DNA of 64,000 nucleotides, from positions 16,132 through 80,131 of the forward strand of contig JAUMVA010000001.1 in the NCBI GenBank assembly GCA_030530425.1, written 5' to 3'. The notes under the pieces are model-generated. The model made no database searches, was not told the origin of the DNA, and saw only the letters and a list, made by a program, of their open reading frames with translations. A program made the position numbers and the translations under genes. Origin of the DNA: Candidatus Saccharimonadota bacterium. GTDB taxonomy: Bacteria > Patescibacteriota > Saccharimonadia > Saccharimonadales > Saccharimonadaceae. This document shows, piece by piece, positions 8,578-17,671 of this stretch (positions are counted from its first letter, which is position 1; each line of letters opens with the position of its first letter).

Positions 8578-9085
8578 TGACGTTCATCTTTCGAATCATT
8601 GTTTGATACTGTCGAGCCAGACTATCAACTTGTTTTAATAATGCAGCATTTTGTTGTCGCAGTTGACGCACTTCAGTTAATTTTTGATAGAAACCGCGTG
8701 GATCACTTTGGCAATCATTTTTTACTAGAATTGACAGCTTTTCCTCATAAACTAAATAGTTACGACGAAATTGATTTAAATTACGATCATAGTCACTGCT
8801 TAAAACAATTAGATCAACTGGCTTGATACCATTGGTTACTAAACGAGTGTTCGATGGCGTAATAACATTAAGATTGATCGACTCATAAATCTGACCATAA
8901 TTCACGCGAGACAAAGCATCACTCACTTGTAGTTGTCGTAAACGAATTTTTATTTGATTGCAATTAGTTTTAACATTATTAACAAGTTGATCGTCAATTG
9001 AGTTTTCTTCAGCCAACGCCAAGTTAATATTGCCAAAATTTAGCAAAATTATCGTAACTATCAAGCCTGTTAAAATCTGTTTCAT
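8561..9085 (-). CDS. Secreted coiled-coil hypothetical protein
   Basis: 174 aa; signal peptide (MKQILTGLIVTIILLNFGNINLALA); two Cys; coiled-coil C-terminus. Confidence 0.5.
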   Translation of the reverse strand: MKQILTGLIVTIILLNFGNINLALAEENSIDDQLVNNVKTNCNQIKIRLRQLQVSDALSRVNYGQIYESINLNVITPSNTRLVTNGIKPVDLIVLSSDYDRNLNQFRRNYLVYEEKLSILVKNDCQSDPRGFYQKLTEVRQLRQQNAALLKQVDSLARQYQTMIRKMNVNELQK

Positions 9086-9110
9086 TAATTATATTGTATC
9101 ACAAACTATT

Positions 9111-10430
9111 TTATGGATTTAAACGGTTAATATCGCGTGGAAATAGACAAGCTTCTTTAACATTCTTTAAACCAATAATTTTTTGAACAATTCGATCAAC
9201 GCCCATACCACAACCACCATGCGGTGGCAAACCAAATTGAAAGGCTTGCAAATAATATTTAAAACCAGGCGCAGTAACATCGATACCAGCCGTTTTCATT
9301 TGATCAATCATTGTTTGATAATTTTCTTCACGCAATGGACAAGTAGCAATCTCCACGCCACGGAAAATTAAATCTGCCCAGTAGACTACATTTTTATTAC
9401 GATTTATTTTATGATAAAACTTTGCCGCTTCGATTGGAAATTCTGTTGCAAAAACCAGATCAGACCCGAACTGCTTACGAGCGTATTCCGCAATAAATCG
9501 TTCCTCGTCAGGAGTTAAATCTTTTTCATGAGTTAAATCAAGTTTGTTATATTTTAAATATAATTCATGAATTTCAGTAATTGTAAAACGTGGAATTTCA
9601 ATTGGCGAAGCTGGTAATTTTAGCTCTGGCGCATTTAATGATTTTAATTCTGCCGCCATATCACGATAAACATTATCAACGGCTGTCATTACTAGACCAC
9701 CAATCATATTTAAAATCTCATCGTGATCCTTAACAAAACCCATTTCTATATCTAACATAGTCAGTTCAGTCAAATGTCGACTAGTGGCGCTGGGCTCAGC
9801 ACGATATGAATGCCCCATTTCAAACACTCGCTCATAAGCGCCAACCATAATTTGTTTATAAAATTGCGGCGATTGAGCCAGAGTGGCTTCTTTACCAAAA
9901 TAATCAAGCTTAAATACTTCTGCACCGCCTTCGGTTGCGCCAGCTAAAAGTTTTGGCGTGTCTATTTCAATAAACTCATTTTGCACCAAATAATTACGCA
10001 TTTCTTGCATCACACGTGCTCGAATCTTAAAAATATTTTGTTCTTGAATATTACGAACATTTAATACTCGGTGCTCAAACAAAGTATCAAGATTTTCTGA
10101 TTTATGTAAAATTGGTTTGTCAATTTCAATAAGCGGCTCATCAATCACCGGCACCATTATTTCAACAGCTACTTCATGCAATTCTACCCCACCTGGCGCC
10201 CGCTCATCGGCCACCACCGTACCAACAAACTGCACAACCGTTCCTAACTGCATACCACGCAGCTTTTCAATTTGATCTTTATCTTCAATCAAATTTTGTA
10301 CAATACCACTACGATCACGTACTGTAATAAAGTTTAGGCCACCAAGTAAACGCTTTTTGTGCAGCCAACCCTGAATCATTACTTTTTGACCAACAAAAGC
10401 AGCCAAATCCCGAATTAATTTTCGTTCCAT
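9111..10430 (-). CDS. Class IIb aminoacyl-tRNA ligase: aspartate--tRNA ligase (archaeal/short type) or asparagine--tRNA ligase
   Basis: 439 aa; OB-fold N-domain; class II motifs FRNE-type, QSPQFYKQ, and motif 3 GGCGMGVDRIV...FPRD. AspRS versus AsnRS not resolved from sequence alone. Confidence 0.85.
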   Translation of the reverse strand: MERKLIRDLAAFVGQKVMIQGWLHKKRLLGGLNFITVRDRSGIVQNLIEDKDQIEKLRGMQLGTVVQFVGTVVADERAPGGVELHEVAVEIMVPVIDEPLIEIDKPILHKSENLDTLFEHRVLNVRNIQEQNIFKIRARVMQEMRNYLVQNEFIEIDTPKLLAGATEGGAEVFKLDYFGKEATLAQSPQFYKQIMVGAYERVFEMGHSYRAEPSATSRHLTELTMLDIEMGFVKDHDEILNMIGGLVMTAVDNVYRDMAAELKSLNAPELKLPASPIEIPRFTITEIHELYLKYNKLDLTHEKDLTPDEERFIAEYARKQFGSDLVFATEFPIEAAKFYHKINRNKNVVYWADLIFRGVEIATCPLREENYQTMIDQMKTAGIDVTAPGFKYYLQAFQFGLPPHGGCGMGVDRIVQKIIGLKNVKEACLFPRDINRLNP

Positions 10431-10454
10431 TTTGTTCTCCTCGCTAATATTTTA

Positions 10455-11375
10455 TCACAAATTAGTTATTTTAAGCTGTTTTAGGATTGTTTCTAGCTCA
10501 ATAATTCCTAAATAACTATTTTTATCTACCACGAGAGCTATCATTGTTTGATGTTCAATCATTTTGTGAATCACCGTATTAAGTTTATCATTAGTCTGTA
10601 CTTCTAAATAATCTTGCCGGGCCAATTCTTTAGCCTGAAAAGTTTTACCAGATTTTAAATCAACTAAATCTTCCAGACTAATCAAACCAAGCACTTTATG
10701 CTTTTCGTAGACCACAAATAATTTTTCACCAGTTTCATATAATTCGTTAATTGCTAATGGTCCTAATAAATCAGATGCCTTAACTTGACATAAATCAGAT
10801 ATCTTAACCATTAAATCTTCAGCTACCATTTCTGTAAAATCATGTGCTGACATCACAATCTGCCGCTCAGATTCAGTTATTATTCGCTGGTCGTGAGTCA
10901 ATAAATAATCTAATTCAGCCCGCGAGGCTAATTTTGGCTCTTTTATACTCAATTGCTGAAACATATTGAGTTTTAACCAACTAATTTTTAATAAAAAAGG
11001 TGTGATTTTTGATTCGATTTTAGCAAATAAATTTTGTGACTGATAACGCATTAATTTATTTTTACTTATCAAAAATGCTAAACTAATCACCGTCAACCAA
11101 ATAATAATCACTTGCCACCATTTTTCAAATATCTGTTGTAATAAAAACAACATTATACCAGTAGCAATTATCATTTTTAGTACCAAGATGGTGATCAAAA
11201 TTGGATAAATTTGTCGACGCACAAGCTCTTGTTTGTTTTTAAAATTGCCAGAGTTGCGTTTACGATATTCATCCCAAGAAGAAGTCGGTTCGAAATCTAG
11301 TCGCCACGCCATTACCAAGATCAGTCCGATTTCTATTATCAGCAATAGCATCCACCAGATAACTTTCATATTCAT
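10455..11375 (-). CDS. CNNM/CorC/HlyC-family membrane protein (DUF21 + CBS pair)
   Basis: 306 aa; N-terminal multi-TM DUF21-like domain; C-terminal tandem CBS domains (…GLISLEDLVD…, …LGIIELETIL…). Confidence 0.75.
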   Translation of the reverse strand: MNMKVIWWMLLLIIEIGLILVMAWRLDFEPTSSWDEYRKRNSGNFKNKQELVRRQIYPILITILVLKMIIATGIMLFLLQQIFEKWWQVIIIWLTVISLAFLISKNKLMRYQSQNLFAKIESKITPFLLKISWLKLNMFQQLSIKEPKLASRAELDYLLTHDQRIITESERQIVMSAHDFTEMVAEDLMVKISDLCQVKASDLLGPLAINELYETGEKLFVVYEKHKVLGLISLEDLVDLKSGKTFQAKELARQDYLEVQTNDKLNTVIHKMIEHQTMIALVVDKNSYLGIIELETILKQLKITNL

Positions 11376-11468
11376 ATTTTAACATAATTAATTTTGATTC
11401 AATAATAATTTGCAAACATTAGCTTTTTACGTTAAAATATGCTCATTAATTAGGAGTCAGAAGATTTT

Positions 11469-12146
11469 ATGCAAGAAGACAAAAAATGGCTATTTTTTCG
11501 TATTGGTTTAGTAATTGCTTTTATTAGTTTGATATTTTATGGTATCTATATTAATAATCTAAACAAGCTTGATCTTAGTAAATATAATAAAGATCAAATC
11601 ATTACCAGCACCGCCGATAATGGTGGATTTGGTGATTTAGTATTAGGCAATCCAAATGCTAAAGTTGTCATAATCGAATATGGTGATTACCAGTGCCCAG
11701 CCTGCGGTAGTTATCGCGAAAAGTTTGAGAAATTAGTTACAACTTATCCTGACAAAGTAGCACTAGTATTTCGACAATACATCATACCGGGTCATACCGA
11801 TGCTAGAGCAGCCAGTGCCACAGCTTTAGCAGCTGCCCGTCAAGGTAAATTCTGGCAAATGCACAATAAGTTATTTTCTAGTCTAGCAGAGTGGAACGGC
11901 AAAAGTAACCAACGAGCGAAAATTTTCGAAAATTACGCTAGAGATTTAGGTTTAGATATTGACAAGTACCATCAGGATTTAGAGTCCGAGGATATTACTA
12001 AAAAAATCTCTTTTGATATGACGCTTGGCAAAGCGCATCAGTTAGAAGCTACTCCAACTATTGTTGTCAACGGTGAAAAAGTTGACTATGAAATTTGGTC
12101 AAAGGATGATAAATTTGCAAATTTCTTAACAGAAAAATTAAAATAA
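11469..12146 (+). CDS. DsbA-family thiol:disulfide oxidoreductase (membrane-anchored)
   Basis: 225 aa; N-terminal TM; thioredoxin-fold active site CPAC (GDYQCPACGSY); DsbA/BdbD-like length. Confidence 0.8.
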   Translation: MQEDKKWLFFRIGLVIAFISLIFYGIYINNLNKLDLSKYNKDQIITSTADNGGFGDLVLGNPNAKVVIIEYGDYQCPACGSYREKFEKLVTTYPDKVALVFRQYIIPGHTDARAASATALAAARQGKFWQMHNKLFSSLAEWNGKSNQRAKIFENYARDLGLDIDKYHQDLESEDITKKISFDMTLGKAHQLEATPTIVVNGEKVDYEIWSKDDKFANFLTEKLK

Positions 12147-12151
12147 TTTAA

Positions 12152-12190
12152 TTTAAAAATAAAATCGCCCCGGTGCCTTGGGACGATTTT
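12152..12190 (+). terminator. Rho-independent terminator after the dsbA-like gene
   Basis: AAAATCGcc-ccggtgccttgg-gaCGATTTT: inverted repeat AAAATCG/CGATTTT around a GC-rich core, then T-rich tract. Confidence 0.45.
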
Positions 12191-12557
12191 ATATATCATT
12201 TTATTTATGCTCTAATCAACAAGATAGAGCTGCCATTCGGCAGGCACCACGTCTACTGCAATCTTTTTACTCCGCGAAGGAGCAAATTCGACGGCTATTG
12301 ACATGGATTTCTCCTCTTTTAATTGTCTGTCTTTTGCGTTTTCGACCATTAGTCACGTTATTATCAAAAGACATGACAAGTATTCTATCAAATTTTTACT
12401 GAAATGTCAATACCATAAGCATAATTATTGTGTAAAAAGTTGCCTAATCTGTGGAAAACCAATAGAAAATAGCGCTAAATAGATAATTTCGCATCTGTTA
12501 GCGCTACTTTGCTATATTTTAAATCAAAATGTGGTCTTTTTTGTTTTATTATTTTTA

Positions 12558-13556
12558 TTAAGCAGATATTTTAGTTCCAGTTGCTCCATTTAGCGCATCC
12601 AGGGCTCGTTCCGGGGTAGTAATAATTGCCTGTCGGTCAACAGAGGTTTTAACAAATTTAATTGATGCTTCAACTTTTGGTAGCATACTACCCGGCGCAA
12701 ATTGCTGATCAGCAATATGTTTTTCAGCCTCAGCAACTGTCATTTCTGACAACGACTGTTCATTTTCCTTACCATAGTTAATTTTAACCGCATCCACCGC
12801 TGTTAAGATCATTAATATATCAGCATTAACAATTTCTGCCAATTTAGCAGCTGCAAAATCTTTATCGATTACTGCCTCAAGACCAATTAATTTATCATCT
12901 TTGTAATACACTGGTATGCCACCACCACCAGCTGCGACTAGCACCGCCTGATTATCAAGTGCCATTTTAACTAAATCTGCTTCGATAATGTCAATTGGTT
13001 TTGGTGATGGAACGACCTTACGCCAACCACGACCAGCATCTTCTTTAACTGTAAAACCACGCTCAACTGACAAGCGCTTGGCTTCTTCTTCGGTATAAAA
13101 TGGTCCAATCGGTTTGCTTGGATTAGCAAAAGCCGGATCATCTGCGTCAACTAAAACCTGCGTCACTAATGAAGCTACTGGTTTATTAATTCCAGATTGA
13201 CGGAAATTGTTGAAAAAAGCATTCTGTAACCAATAACCAATTTGACCTTGACTCATCGCTCCACAAGTATCAACTGGCATAGTTGGCGTCTTGTCGGTAT
13301 TAATTGCCTCTTCATGTAAAATAATATTGCCAATTTGTGGACCGTTACCATGAACTATTGCTAATTCATAGCCCGCTTCAATTAATTTAGTTAATTGTGA
13401 TGCGGTTTGTTCAGCCACTAGCTGTTGATCTTGCGCGGTGGCCTTGCCATCAAGTGATAAAGCATTACCTCCTAAAGCCACCACAATGCGTTTAGCCCGT
13501 TTTTTTGTACCAAAATTAAAAAATCGATGTTGTTTTTGTATCATTTTGTTCTCCAT
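12558..13556 (-). CDS. arcC: Carbamate kinase
   Basis: 332 aa; amino-acid kinase family, IVVALGGNAL N-terminal motif; 3' gene of the arc operon. Confidence 0.9.
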   Translation of the reverse strand: MENKMIQKQHRFFNFGTKKRAKRIVVALGGNALSLDGKATAQDQQLVAEQTASQLTKLIEAGYELAIVHGNGPQIGNIILHEEAINTDKTPTMPVDTCGAMSQGQIGYWLQNAFFNNFRQSGINKPVASLVTQVLVDADDPAFANPSKPIGPFYTEEEAKRLSVERGFTVKEDAGRGWRKVVPSPKPIDIIEADLVKMALDNQAVLVAAGGGGIPVYYKDDKLIGLEAVIDKDFAAAKLAEIVNADILMILTAVDAVKINYGKENEQSLSEMTVAEAEKHIADQQFAPGSMLPKVEASIKFVKTSVDRQAIITTPERALDALNGATGTKISA

Positions 13557-13654
13557 TAATTGACTAATTGCTTATACTATATAATAAGTCATTCTTGAAA
13601 TAATTTGAGCAAGCTCTGTTTTTTCTCGAATATTCATAATTATAGCATAAACAT

Positions 13655-13690
13655 TTAAAAATAACAGCGCTATCAAAGCGCTGTTATTTA
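13655..13690 (-). terminator. Intra-operon rho-independent terminator between arcD and arcC
   Basis: Perfect 12-bp inverted repeat AATAACAGCGCT (13660-13671) / AGCGCTGTTATT (13677-13688), 5-nt loop. On the minus strand it is followed by TTATTTTTAAAT. Confidence 0.55.
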
Positions 13691-13704
13691 AATTCAGCTA
13701 TAAA

Positions 13705-15336
13705 TTAGAATAGCGAAATTATCACCAACACAGTAATAGAAGCTACGGCTAATGATAGCATTAGTTTCCAGGTACGCTTGAGGTACTTACCATAAGATAA
13801 GCCACAGATTACTAGACCACCCATTAATGAACCAACGGTTGGAGCCATCATCTGGACTAATCCTGAAGCTGCTGTAAATGAAGTCACAATTACATCTTTA
13901 CCAAGTCCAACAAAACCTGATAGCGGTGCTAGAATTGGCATCGTAGCGGTTGCTAAACCAGAAGTTGATGGAATCAAGAATGACATTGGGATATATAAAA
14001 TATATGATAGAACTGCAAAGAAAGCCCCTGATGTACCACGCAACGCTTCTTCACCCCAGTGAATAATAGTTGCATCAATATGCGACGCATTCATAATAAC
14101 AGTAATGCCACGGGCAACACCGATAATCAAAGCGACAGCTAGAATATCTTTACATCCTTCAATGAAATAATCAATAAAGGTATGTTGATCAATCTTATTA
14201 ATCAGGCCGATAATAATTGCACCGATTAAGAATAGAGCTGCGGTTTCAATAAACCACCAGTCGCCAAATGCTGGAATATTACCAAGTAATGCACGCAATG
14301 GTCCGACAGAGGTAATTGCATTGGTAATATCAGCAAAGAAAGTGATGTTAAACTTATATTCCCATGGAATTACACTCAAGATCAAGAAAACAAAGGCTAA
14401 GATATAAACTAATACGGTTGCAACTTGACGACCGGTCATATTTTTAGTCAGTGATGGGTCGATTTCACCGTATTGAAGCTTTTTATCATTAACTGAATCT
14501 TCAGCGTATTTGCCGGCTTTAACGCCTTTAGCATAATTTACAACAAAAACCACACCAATGATGTAACAAACTGCCAACAAAATTAAGCGAGGTATTACGC
14601 CATCGATAATTGAACTATCAGCAAAACCAGCCGCAATTCCAGTTGCAAACGGGTTAATAGTTCCACCGATCAGACCAATGGTTGAGCCACCAACAATCAC
14701 CATAATAGCAGTCATAGCATTATAACCAGCTGCTAGCAATAGTGGCACAATCAATGGATAAAAAGCCACTGTTTCTTCTTGCATGCCATAAATAGTACCA
14801 CCAGCTGCAAAGACTAACATCATAATTGGAATAATCATGATTTCACGACCCTTGAGCTTGCGGATTAAGCTAGCAAAAGCAGTTTGCAATGACTTAGTTC
14901 TAGCTTCAATTGCTAAGAAACCACCGATTACTAACACAAACAAAATGATCTCAATGCCATCTTTAAACCCATTAATTGGGGCCGTAAAGACATTCCACAG
15001 ACCCTGTTTATTAGTTAAAGCTTCAGCATCAGCTTGTGCTTTTAAAGCTTCTTGCAATTCGGCATTGTCTTTTGCCTCATCTGATTTGACATCAGTAATA
15101 CCGTCTCGTATTTTGATTTCTTCCACTTTTGCAGTAGTTTCCTTAACAGCTTGCTCGGCTGTTTGGTAAGTACCAGCAATTGGAGCATTATCATTATCTG
15201 GGTCTGTTTGGTAACGACCAGCTGGTACGACCCAAGTCAACAATGCCATGATAGTAACTAGTACCATCAAAATTGTAAAGGCTGATGGCATACGCTTAGT
15301 GCGTTTTTTATCAGTACCTTTTATTTTTTCTTCCAT
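13705..15336 (-). CDS. arcD: Arginine/ornithine antiporter of the YfcC/ArcD (TC 2.A.118-like) family
   Basis: 543 aa polytopic protein; N-terminus MEEKIKGTDKKRTKRMPSAFTILMVLVTIMALLTWVVPAGRYQ typical of YfcC-type basic amino acid antiporters found in ADI operons. Carries an acidic/lysine-rich extracytoplasmic insertion (about residues 55-110). Confidence 0.7.
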   Translation of the reverse strand: MEEKIKGTDKKRTKRMPSAFTILMVLVTIMALLTWVVPAGRYQTDPDNDNAPIAGTYQTAEQAVKETTAKVEEIKIRDGITDVKSDEAKDNAELQEALKAQADAEALTNKQGLWNVFTAPINGFKDGIEIILFVLVIGGFLAIEARTKSLQTAFASLIRKLKGREIMIIPIMMLVFAAGGTIYGMQEETVAFYPLIVPLLLAAGYNAMTAIMVIVGGSTIGLIGGTINPFATGIAAGFADSSIIDGVIPRLILLAVCYIIGVVFVVNYAKGVKAGKYAEDSVNDKKLQYGEIDPSLTKNMTGRQVATVLVYILAFVFLILSVIPWEYKFNITFFADITNAITSVGPLRALLGNIPAFGDWWFIETAALFLIGAIIIGLINKIDQHTFIDYFIEGCKDILAVALIIGVARGITVIMNASHIDATIIHWGEEALRGTSGAFFAVLSYILYIPMSFLIPSTSGLATATMPILAPLSGFVGLGKDVIVTSFTAASGLVQMMAPTVGSLMGGLVICGLSYGKYLKRTWKLMLSLAVASITVLVIISLF

Positions 15337-15372
15337 ACACCTTTCCTTTTGGTTAATAGTTTATGCGTAATT

Positions 15373-16365
15373 TTAAAGTGTTAACGCCATCACTGCTTCA
15401 ATCGTATAAGTACGATTCTCAGCTTGATCAAACACTACACTTGCTGGACCGTTAAAGACTTCGTCAGTAACTTCCATTGACTCAAGTCCGTGTTGTTCAT
15501 AAATTTGCTTACCAAAAACCGTCTCTTTATCATGAAAAGCCGGCAAACAATGCAAAAACTTAACATCAGCATTGCCAGTTGCCTGAAGCAATTCACGATT
15601 AACTTGATAGGCTTTTAGTAAACTAATTCGTTCGGCGAACTTATCTTCTTCGCCCATAGATACCCACACGTCCGTGTAGATTACATCAACACCAGCCACC
15701 GCCTCGGTTGGACTTTCAGTTATCGTAATTGTAGCACCGGTCTGATATTTATTGATTAAGGCTCGAGCCTCATCTATTAATGCTTGCTCTGGAGATAGTG
15801 AACGAGGAGTGCCGATGCGAAAATCTAGCCCCATCAAGGCAGCCGCAAACATTAAAGTATTAGCGACATTATTACGTCCATCACCAACATAAGCTAAGCG
15901 TGCACCCTTTAAAAATCCTAGATGTTCTTCAATCGTCATTAAATCAGCCAATCCTTGAGTTGGATGAAACTTATCAGTTAAACCATTCCAAACAGGTACG
16001 CCAGCATATTTCGCTAGTTCTTCAACAGTTTGATGTGAAAAACCACGAAATTCAATTCCGTCAAACATTCGACCGAGCACTTTAGCTGTGTCAGCGACTG
16101 ATTCTTTTTTACCTAGCTGAATGTCATCTTTACCGAGATACTCCGCATGCATACCAAGGTCACGAGCTCCGTTAACGAACGCACAACGCGTACGAGTCGA
16201 CGGTTTTTCGAATAGTAGAGCAATTGTCTTACCATCATGAATCCGATTTTTAACACCAGCATACTTATTTTTTTTGAATTGCAAAGCAGAATTTAACATT
16301 GCTCGGATTTCAGTTGGCGTAAAATCCTTGAGGGCTAAAAATGATCGTCCTTTTAAGTTTAGCAT
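15373..16365 (-). CDS. arcB: Ornithine carbamoyltransferase (catabolic)
   Basis: 330 aa; STRTR carbamoyl-phosphate motif, HCLP motif; 1-nt overlap with arcA. Confidence 0.9.
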   Translation of the reverse strand: MLNLKGRSFLALKDFTPTEIRAMLNSALQFKKNKYAGVKNRIHDGKTIALLFEKPSTRTRCAFVNGARDLGMHAEYLGKDDIQLGKKESVADTAKVLGRMFDGIEFRGFSHQTVEELAKYAGVPVWNGLTDKFHPTQGLADLMTIEEHLGFLKGARLAYVGDGRNNVANTLMFAAALMGLDFRIGTPRSLSPEQALIDEARALINKYQTGATITITESPTEAVAGVDVIYTDVWVSMGEEDKFAERISLLKAYQVNRELLQATGNADVKFLHCLPAFHDKETVFGKQIYEQHGLESMEVTDEVFNGPASVVFDQAENRTYTIEAVMALTL

Positions 16366-17600
16366 TAGATCTCCTCTCGTACTAATGGCATTGACATACA
16401 GCGTGGACCACCTCGTCCTCGGCCAAGTTCCGAACCAACAATTTCAATAACCTTAACACCTGCTCGACGCAAAGCCTCATTAGTAACGTAGTTACGATCA
16501 TAAGTTACCACTACACCAGGAGCAATAGCTAGAGTGTTTGAGCCATCATTCCATTGTTCACGAGCAGCAGCGATAGGATCACCGTCACCACACTGAATCA
16601 ACTTGATATCCGCAACACCAAGTACATCTTGTAAAGCTTGCTTAATGTCATGACGATAGACAATATGATAGCCAATTTGGTTTTCAGCTTTTTCTAAGAT
16701 ATAAATATCCATCTTGCCATCTTCTGACAAAATTTCTGGATGGATCGAAAACTTATCATAATCAATCATCGTAAATACTGTATCAAGATGCATAAATGCA
16801 CGTTTTGACGGAATTCGAATTGCCATTACCCGTTTAAAATTTGACTCACGTAATAATTTTGAGGCAATTTTTTCAATTGCTTCAACTTCTGTACGCTCAC
16901 TAATACCAATAGCTAAAGTTTCTTTATTCAAAACTAGTTCATCGCCACCTTCAACTGAGAAGCGATTATTGCGATTATACCAAACTGGTACATTCGCATC
17001 ACGGAATCGTGGATGATAATTGATAATGTATTCCATAAATAACGATTCACGACGACGTGCTGGCCAGTGCATCTTATTAATGCTTAAACCATTACCAATC
17101 GAAGCCGCTGGATCGCGTGTAAAGTACAAATTAGGCATCGGATCAAGATAGAATGGATAATCATCAACCATGTAGTGATGAAGTTGCTTGTTTTCTGGTT
17201 CAGTCACACTAACTTCACTCTTCTTTACGCCAGCCATAACCTTACGAATCATCGTTAAGGTATCCATATTGCCCAGATAGTTAACGATAGCTTCTGTTGA
17301 ATAGGTATCACCCTGCTTTGAAGCACGTACCATCTCTTTGACAAATTGCCACTTAATTTCTTCAGTATATAAAGCTTCAGCAGCTAATTGATCAAGGTAT
17401 AACACTTCAACGCCATTGTCACGTAAAACTTGCGCAAAAGCATCATGTTCTTTTTGTGCCATTTCCAAAAAAGGAACGTCATCAAATAACATTCGCTCCA
17501 TATAATCAGGTGTTAAAGCTTCTAATTCTTTACCAGGCCGATGAAGTAAAACGGTTTTTAGGCGCCCAATTTCAGAATTAACTTGAATAGGTTGATCCAT
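16365..17600 (-). CDS. arcA: Arginine deiminase
   Basis: ADI family ([27 protein letters not shown]..., C-terminal catalytic Cys region [10 protein letters not shown]). The ORF track extends to 17636, but the ATG at 17600 has SD AGGGAG 10 nt upstream and the upstream ATG has none. Confidence 0.9.
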   Translation of the reverse strand: MDQPIQVNSEIGRLKTVLLHRPGKELEALTPDYMERMLFDDVPFLEMAQKEHDAFAQVLRDNGVEVLYLDQLAAEALYTEEIKWQFVKEMVRASKQGDTYSTEAIVNYLGNMDTLTMIRKVMAGVKKSEVSVTEPENKQLHHYMVDDYPFYLDPMPNLYFTRDPAASIGNGLSINKMHWPARRRESLFMEYIINYHPRFRDANVPVWYNRNNRFSVEGGDELVLNKETLAIGISERTEVEAIEKIASKLLRESNFKRVMAIRIPSKRAFMHLDTVFTMIDYDKFSIHPEILSEDGKMDIYILEKAENQIGYHIVYRHDIKQALQDVLGVADIKLIQCGDGDPIAAAREQWNDGSNTLAIAPGVVVTYDRNYVTNEALRRAGVKVIEIVGSELGRGRGGPRCMSMPLVREEI

Positions 17601-17641
17601 TTTTGTCTCTTTCTCCCTCTTTTTTAAAATATACATTTATA

Positions 17642-17670
17642 TTTATAGCATAAGCGAAAATAAAAGACAA
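17642..17670 (-). promoter_or_regulatory. Putative sigma70-like promoter of the arc operon
   Basis: Minus strand: TTGTCT (-35), 17-nt spacer, TATAAA (-10), about 35 nt upstream of the arcA SD. Confidence 0.4.
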
Positions 17671-17671
17671 A

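Noticed and set aside
12178-12402. 74-aa ORF in the long intergenic region
   Set aside because: No RBS, odd composition, and it lies across probable terminator/RNA structure; treated as non-coding (see the intergenic finding).
17601-17636. Upstream ATG (MYILKKREKETK) as the arcA start
   Set aside because: It has no Shine-Dalgarno sequence and overlaps the predicted -10 region. The ATG at 17600 has AGGGAG at the ideal distance and begins the conserved ADI N-terminus.
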